Below, piece by piece: positions 59,675-64,000 of a DNA stretch of 64,000 bases. The DNA lies in the sequence record PZ445430.1; one strand, given 5' to 3'. The stretch is from a phage. The notes under the pieces were generated by a model. It made no database searches. It was not told the DNA's origin and worked only from the letters and a program-made list of their open reading frames with translations. The translations under genes and the position numbers were made by a program. Position 1 is the first letter of the stretch, and every line of letters begins with the position of its first letter.

Positions 59675-59730
59675 TTTTTAAAAAATTCATTTGCTAAACG
59701 CTTCAAAATTTCGTATAATATATCTCATAA
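59675..59730 (+). promoter_or_regulatory. T5-type early promoter
   Basis: AAAAAATT UP, TTGCTA, 17-nt spacer, TATAAT, conserved CATAAATTGAT box downstream. Confidence 0.65.
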
Positions 59731-59757
59731 ATTGATCAACAAAAAGGAAAACAAATA

Positions 59758-60273
59758 ATGGCTAAGCAGAAAAACGCAAAAACTCAGGCAGCTCCGGCAG
59801 TTAAAACTTTCGCTCAGACCGAAGCCAATCGTAAGGCTCGTCTGGAACGTCATCTGCGTAAGCATCCTACTGATGCTCAGGCTCAGACTGCCCTGAAGTC
59901 TGCGGCTCCGGTTCGCCAGAAGCCGAAGGCCAAGAACTCTACTCGCGCAACTGCTAAGCAGGTTGTGTTCATCAAGGGTGAAGGTCATAAGTCTGTACCG
60001 GTAACTCTGAGCTTTAACGGCGGTGCTGAGATGTTCGCCCGCAACGGTATGGCTCTGAAAGACTACGAAAAAGCAGTCAATCAGAAGCGTAAGCCAATGG
60101 CTGACGTAATGCGTGAATCCCGTGGACAGTTTGGCTCCGTTAAACCGAATATTTTCGGTGTAGAGTATAGCCGTGACAACGTTCGCGCTCTGTGCTACGG
60201 TATCGGTATTAAGTTTACTGGTGCTTCTGATCGTAAATCCGCTAAACCTACTCGTAAGCGTAAAGCGAAGTAA
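59758..60273 (+). CDS. basic Lys/Arg/Ala-rich protein, possible DNA-binding protein
   Basis: 171 aa; strong RBS; codon usage biased toward preferred E. coli codons; hairpin follows. Confidence 0.6.
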   Translation: MAKQKNAKTQAAPAVKTFAQTEANRKARLERHLRKHPTDAQAQTALKSAAPVRQKPKAKNSTRATAKQVVFIKGEGHKSVPVTLSFNGGAEMFARNGMALKDYEKAVNQKRKPMADVMRESRGQFGSVKPNIFGVEYSRDNVRALCYGIGIKFTGASDRKSAKPTRKRKAK

Positions 60274-60281
60274 TGATTGAT

Positions 60282-60295
60282 GGGGCGAAAGCCCC
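60282..60295 (+). repeat. GGGGCGAAAGCCCC stem-loop, copy 1
   Basis: 5-bp GC stem with GAAA tetraloop immediately after stop codon. Confidence 0.6.
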
Positions 60296-60334
60296 ATATA
60301 CTAACTCTTTCTCTGACTAATTAAGGATATTTTT

Positions 60335-60550
60335 ATGTTCTCTAAGAAACCACGTTCCGTTACTGAAATCGTTGCTTCCTTTACCACTATTACTGATGAA
60401 CTTCAAGCTCGTATTGAAGCTGACCAGAAAACTGCTGCTGATATTCAGAAACAGCAGGAAGAACTCGCTCTGAAACTGGCTGAAACCAATAAGAGTGAAA
60501 AATCTGCTCAAACTATTAAGGAAAATATCCTTAAACTGCTGGGCAAGTAA
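60335..60550 (+). CDS. hypothetical protein
   Basis: 71-aa helical ORF. Confidence 0.5.
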   Translation: MFSKKPRSVTEIVASFTTITDELQARIEADQKTAADIQKQQEELALKLAETNKSEKSAQTIKENILKLLGK

Positions 60551-60560
60551 TTTAAATCAG

Positions 60561-60574
60561 GGGGCGAAAGCCCC
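60561..60574 (+). repeat. GGGGCGAAAGCCCC stem-loop, copy 2
   Basis: identical 14-nt hairpin after next gene. Confidence 0.6.
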
Positions 60575-60591
60575 TCTTATTTGGAGAAACT

Positions 60592-60804
60592 ATGCGTAAC
60601 TTCGTTGCAAAGAATGATTTTAACCGTGCTAGCACTCACAAGTCTGCTAGAGACTACACTCGTCTTTCTAAACATGAGCTTCTAGAAGAAATCATGGAAG
60701 AAAACTGGGATGTTAGTGAAAATGGAACAGACCTGTTTGAAGAAGAGGAAGTTCCTCTGAAAGACCCCAAACAGTGGGAGTCTATTAAAGAGACAGCTCT
60801 TTAA
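60592..60804 (+). CDS. hypothetical protein
   Basis: 70-aa acidic ORF. Confidence 0.5.
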   Translation: MRNFVAKNDFNRASTHKSARDYTRLSKHELLEEIMEENWDVSENGTDLFEEEEVPLKDPKQWESIKETAL

Positions 60805-60834
60805 TAGTTTTCTACAACAATAAAGGACATAATT

Positions 60835-61536
60835 ATGAAATTCAAGCCCTTTGGTATGCTGGACATTGAATCTCTAGGTACTCCAGGAAATTGCGGTACT
60901 ACTCATATTGCAATGCCTTCTTTCGCTTTTGTAGCGATGCACGGAATTGATAAAGATCCTGATCTGGTATTCGTTACTCTAGACGTTCAAGATCAGCTTA
61001 ATGCGGGTGCTAAGGTAACTGCCTCTACTATTGCATTCTGGATGGATCAAGCTAAAAACAGTCCATCTGCGCTCCATATTATGGAGGCTCTAAATGGTCG
61101 TAATCCTAAGCTGATTGCCTTCCGTGATGGTAAGCATCACTGCACTAATGACGTAGGCTCTAATTATGCTGCCTTCTCTATGGCTCAGAACATTATGGAA
61201 TTGTCTCTAGGAGATAATGCTCTGTATTACGGCAATGGCCCAGAGTTTGATATGACAATCTACTCTGCAAATACGTTCCATGCCGGAACCCATGAAGAAA
61301 TAGTTCCGTGGAAATTCTGGAACTTAGGTAACGTTCGATCTTTCCGTAATCAGTGGATGCAAGCTGGTTATAGCTATAAAGATCTAGAAGCCGAAGGTGC
61401 TAGCTGGGCAAAAGCTAAAATGGAAAAGATGGACACCATTCGTTATGGAATCTATCCTGTGAAGCATGATCCAGCATTCGATGCTTTAGTTGAAAGTTAT
61501 TGTGTAGCCGTCATGATCGAAAAAATCAAAATTTGA
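60835..61536 (+). CDS. DEDDh-type 3'-5' exonuclease (putative)
   Basis: 233 aa; Exo I-like MLDIESLGT, Exo II-like GPEFDMTIY, Exo III-like HDPAFDALVESY. Confidence 0.55.
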   Translation: MKFKPFGMLDIESLGTPGNCGTTHIAMPSFAFVAMHGIDKDPDLVFVTLDVQDQLNAGAKVTASTIAFWMDQAKNSPSALHIMEALNGRNPKLIAFRDGKHHCTNDVGSNYAAFSMAQNIMELSLGDNALYYGNGPEFDMTIYSANTFHAGTHEEIVPWKFWNLGNVRSFRNQWMQAGYSYKDLEAEGASWAKAKMEKMDTIRYGIYPVKHDPAFDALVESYCVAVMIEKIKI

Positions 61537-61575
61537 TTTGCTTTCAGCTCCAAAATTCTGTATAATATATTCATA
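61520..61575 (+). promoter_or_regulatory. T5-type early promoter
   Basis: TTGCTT, 17-nt spacer, TATAAT, conserved CATAAATTTGAGAG box. Confidence 0.65.
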
Positions 61576-61606
61576 AATTTGAGAGAACAACAAAAGGAAA
61601 ATAATT

Positions 61607-61789
61607 ATGCCAGTATCTAAAAACGTCCGTAAAAATGGTAAAGTAGCAAAACGTAACCTGGGTCTGCGTCGTATGGCTGAGTGTCAGTCCGGCATCCAGA
61701 AAATCTTTAATGTACTGAATCGCGCCAACCCGAATATTGATAACAGTTCTGATACTGTTCTGCGCACTCTGCTGGCAATCGGTCTGTAA
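61607..61789 (+). CDS. small basic protein
   Basis: 60 aa, Lys/Arg-rich N-terminus. Confidence 0.5.
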   Translation: MPVSKNVRKNGKVAKRNLGLRRMAECQSGIQKIFNVLNRANPNIDNSSDTVLRTLLAIGL

Positions 61790-61843
61790 TAGGCCGTTTT
61801 TAAAACAAATTCAAATCTCAAACTTCATATAAGGAAGCAAATA

Positions 61844-62482
61844 ATGACTACTCGTATCTCTAAAACTCGTGCTCTGGCAACTATCAAGTCTCTGGAAGCT
61901 AAAATCCGTAAAGCTACTGAACAACAGCTTTTGATCGCTGTTGGTGAAGGTAAGGACAAGAACCAAGTTGTCGTTGGCGCTGCAATCGAAGTAGATGCTC
62001 TGTCTACTCGTATTAAGACTGATTTCCAGTCTCTGCTGGATATGATGTCCCAGCGTGATCAGCTGAAAGCTGCGCTGATCAAGAGCAATGCTGAAACTGT
62101 TGTAGAGATCGGTTCTCGCTCTATGACTGTTGCGGAAGCAATCGAAGCTAAGCGTTCTATGGAACTCAAAGCTCAGTTGCTGGCTAACATGCGTAAGCAG
62201 TTCCATGCTGCTACTGTTAAGTTTAACACTCAGAAGGCTCAGTTTGACGCCAAGTATGAGCGTCTGCAGGATACCATGGCTACCCGCGACAAGAAGACTT
62301 CCGAGGATGAAGTTAAGATGCAGCTTAACCTGCTGGAACTCAAGAACACTCCGTTCCTGATCGATCCGCTGGAGCTAGAAAAGCTGATCAAGCAACACGA
62401 CGAAGAATACCAGGACTTTGCAACTAACGTTGACTTTGTTCTGTCTGAGTCCAACGCCTCTACTTTCATCGAAGTAGAGTAA
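61844..62482 (+). CDS. hypothetical protein
   Basis: 212 aa, helical; strongly biased codon usage; AAGGAAG RBS. Confidence 0.6.
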   Translation: MTTRISKTRALATIKSLEAKIRKATEQQLLIAVGEGKDKNQVVVGAAIEVDALSTRIKTDFQSLLDMMSQRDQLKAALIKSNAETVVEIGSRSMTVAEAIEAKRSMELKAQLLANMRKQFHAATVKFNTQKAQFDAKYERLQDTMATRDKKTSEDEVKMQLNLLELKNTPFLIDPLELEKLIKQHDEEYQDFATNVDFVLSESNASTFIEVE

Positions 62483-62844
62483 TAATTTAAAAGACTAGTA
62501 AATCGGTAGACGAAAGCCCAAGCATCTTACCTCGCAGCAGCGGTTGAAATACGAGGTTAAATAAGACCGCTGACCATACTATAAAGTATAATCTATTGGA
62601 GATTATGTTTATTACACCAGCCTCTTAAGCTGAACTGTAAAAACGGTCGTTGGTAGTACCAACACAACTTCAAAGATCAACGCTCAAGTATGAAAGCTGA
62701 AAAGTTAAAAGAACTCAAACTTCTAACCTTCTAAAGCTAAAAGATGCAAAGTATTCGTTGATGATTCAAACCCTAGATCAAAGGTACATGGCTCATAAGA
62801 TATGGCCTGTGGCGCCTCTAGGCTGTTTATCGGTTCACTAGTCT

Positions 62845-62900
62845 CTCAATTTAAAAATGTATTTGCTAATTAGTTTAGTTTTCTATATAATATATTTTTA
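62845..62900 (+). promoter_or_regulatory. T5-type early promoter
   Basis: TTGCTA, 17-nt spacer, TATAAT, conserved AAATTGATGAG box. Confidence 0.65.
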
Positions 62901-62921
62901 AATTGATGAGACGAGGCTATT

Positions 62922-63239
62922 ATGATTTTTCATATTCTGATTGATGATGTTCGTGACCTGCATGGGATGGATATTATCATTCGAACCCCCGAAGCCGCTA
63001 TTGAGTTTCTGAATACAACCGATACCACCGGACATTTCGTTTATATGGATAATGATCTGGCTGTAGATGGTATGGAAGGTTATCAAATTCTTCGTTTACT
63101 CCTAGAATTTGGACAGAGACCCAAGAAAGTGGTACTAGTAACCTCGAACCCTGTAGCTAAGCAGAACATGCGTAATGATTTGCTTGACGAAGGGTATCAA
63201 GAAAGCCCTAATCGTATTGAGTACGATTGGCCGGAGTAA
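62922..63239 (+). CDS. small flavodoxin-fold protein, possibly receiver (REC)-like
   Basis: 105 aa; ILIDDV, YMDNDLAVDGMEGYQIL, VVLVTSNP resemble the acidic pocket, phospho-acceptor Asp and Thr/Ser of receiver domains; assignment tentative. Confidence 0.35.
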   Translation: MIFHILIDDVRDLHGMDIIIRTPEAAIEFLNTTDTTGHFVYMDNDLAVDGMEGYQILRLLLEFGQRPKKVVLVTSNPVAKQNMRNDLLDEGYQESPNRIEYDWPE

Positions 63240-63244
63240 ATAAA

Positions 63245-63694
63245 ATGAAGGCAGCTTTGCTTCTAATAGCTGCCCTAACCTATAGCTTCAATAGTCATGC
63301 TACCTACGACTCAAAGCAGATTGATTGCATTGCAAAAAATATCTACTTCGAAGCACGAGGTGAGGGCACAAAGGGAATGATTGCAGTTGCACAGGTTACT
63401 AAAAACCGTGTAAACTCCGGTAAATTCCCTGATTCTTACTGTAAAGTAGTATATCAGTCTAACCAATTCAGCTGGACAGCTAAAAAACCTAGGGTTGATA
63501 AAACAGATGAGACTTGGCAAGTTGCTAAGAACTTAGCTAGAGTGATATACTACGTTGATTTACCACAAGATCCAACACAGGGGGCGTTATACTTCCATAG
63601 TGGTAAAGATAAACCGTACTGGACAAAGAAGTTTAAGAAAACAACGAAGATTCAAGGCCATACGTTCTACAAGCCTGTGGTTAAGAAAACTTAA
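63245..63694 (+). CDS. secreted cell-wall hydrolase, SleB/CwlJ (Hydrolase_2) family
   Basis: N-terminal signal peptide (MKAALLLIAALTYSFNSHA); IAKNIYFEARGE...VTKNRV...FPDSYCKVVYQSNQFSW matches SleB-like core; start at ATG 63245 after GGAG. Confidence 0.65.
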   Translation: MKAALLLIAALTYSFNSHATYDSKQIDCIAKNIYFEARGEGTKGMIAVAQVTKNRVNSGKFPDSYCKVVYQSNQFSWTAKKPRVDKTDETWQVAKNLARVIYYVDLPQDPTQGALYFHSGKDKPYWTKKFKKTTKIQGHTFYKPVVKKT

Positions 63695-63735
63695 AAATTC
63701 GATTGCTTAAAGACTTAAATTTCTGTATAATACTT
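63690..63735 (+). promoter_or_regulatory. T5-type early promoter
   Basis: TTGCTT, 17-nt spacer, TATAAT. Confidence 0.65.
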
Positions 63736-63762
63736 TCATAAATTAATGAGAGGAAGCGAAAT

Positions 63763-63933
63763 ATGAAATCAGTTGTAATTATTGGTGTTAATACCCGTGG
63801 TATCCGTACTACGAAAACAGTTAAAACTACTAACGTTGCTGAAATTACTACAAACCCTAAGAAGTTTGATTTCGCCAAAGTCTCGGCAGTTATGACAGAA
63901 CAATCTTTTAACCAAGTACTGGGAATTAAATAA
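63763..63933 (+). CDS. hypothetical small protein (56 aa)
   Basis: ORF below track cutoff (MKSVVIIGVNTRGIRTTK...), GAGAGGAAG RBS and promoter upstream. Confidence 0.45.
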   Translation: MKSVVIIGVNTRGIRTTKTVKTTNVAEITTNPKKFDFAKVSAVMTEQSFNQVLGIK

Positions 63934-64000
63934 TGGAAGAAAATATTCTAAATGTTTTGCGTAGGGCTTTGCAGGAATCTAAGATTGATGGCTCTGATAA
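63933..64000 (+). CDS. hypothetical protein, 5' end only (runs off window)
   Basis: ATG overlapping preceding stop (TAATG); open to window end. Confidence 0.3.
   Translation, partial: MEENILNVLRRALQESKIDGSD

Noticed and set aside
59725-60297. 190-aa - strand ORF
   Set aside because: Antisense to the + strand basic-protein gene, which has promoter, RBS and downstream hairpin; the - strand ORF is an artefact of codon bias.
61811-62469. Two - strand ORFs (131 and 76 aa)
   Set aside because: Antisense to the 212-aa + strand gene, which has a strong RBS and biased codons.
1-64000. CRISPR arrays, IS elements or integrase/attachment sites
   Set aside because: No regularly spaced direct repeats, no transposase or integrase motifs, and no flanking inverted repeats seen; gene content is consistent with a strictly lytic T5-like phage.

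Overview
This window reads as a contiguous segment of a T5-like siphovirus genome (Tequintavirus/Demerecviridae), in reverse orientation to the usual T5 map. Three modules are visible. (1) 1-23.4 kb, + strand: late morphogenesis genes in T5 order (large terminase, HNH endonuclease, portal pb7, decoration pb10, prohead protease pb11, major capsid pb8, head/tail completion proteins, tail tube pb6, p140-like, tape measure pb2, pb9, pb3, pb4, p132-like collar, L-shaped tail fibre with C-terminal chaperone domain). (2) 23.7-51.1 kb, - strand: early replication/recombination genes (dUTPase, D15 flap endonuclease, D14, SbcCD-like D13/D12, D10-like helicase, family A DNA polymerase, DnaG-like primase, DnaB-like helicase, D5-like protein, a two-part NAD-dependent ligase, PC4-like protein, HNH endonuclease, D2-like large P-loop protein), then an accessory cluster (tandem paralogs, HAD-like hydrolase, Sir2-like protein) and anaerobic RNR NrdD. 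(3) 51.4-64 kb, + strand: PhoH-like, NrdA/NrdB, DHFR, ThyA, RNase H, and many small early genes each behind a T5-type promoter (A/T-rich upstream, TTGCTT-like -35, 17-nt spacer, TATAAT). No rRNA, tRNA, CRISPR array or transposon was found by eye. The most unusual items are a Sir2-like accessory cluster, a lone HslV/proteasome-like hydrolase, a possible receiver-like small protein, a signal-peptide SleB-like hydrolase, two long ORF-free regions (about 45.34-45.95 kb and 62.48-62.92 kb), a (GCAAAAT)n plus A19 tract after the tail-fibre gene, and a ligase split by a promoter-bearing spacer. All functional calls rest on motif recognition and gene order, not on database searches; coordinates of promoters and terminators are approximate to a few bases. 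The ORF track appears to translate GTG/TTG starts as M, so several starts were re-assigned where a Shine-Dalgarno or promoter position argued for it.
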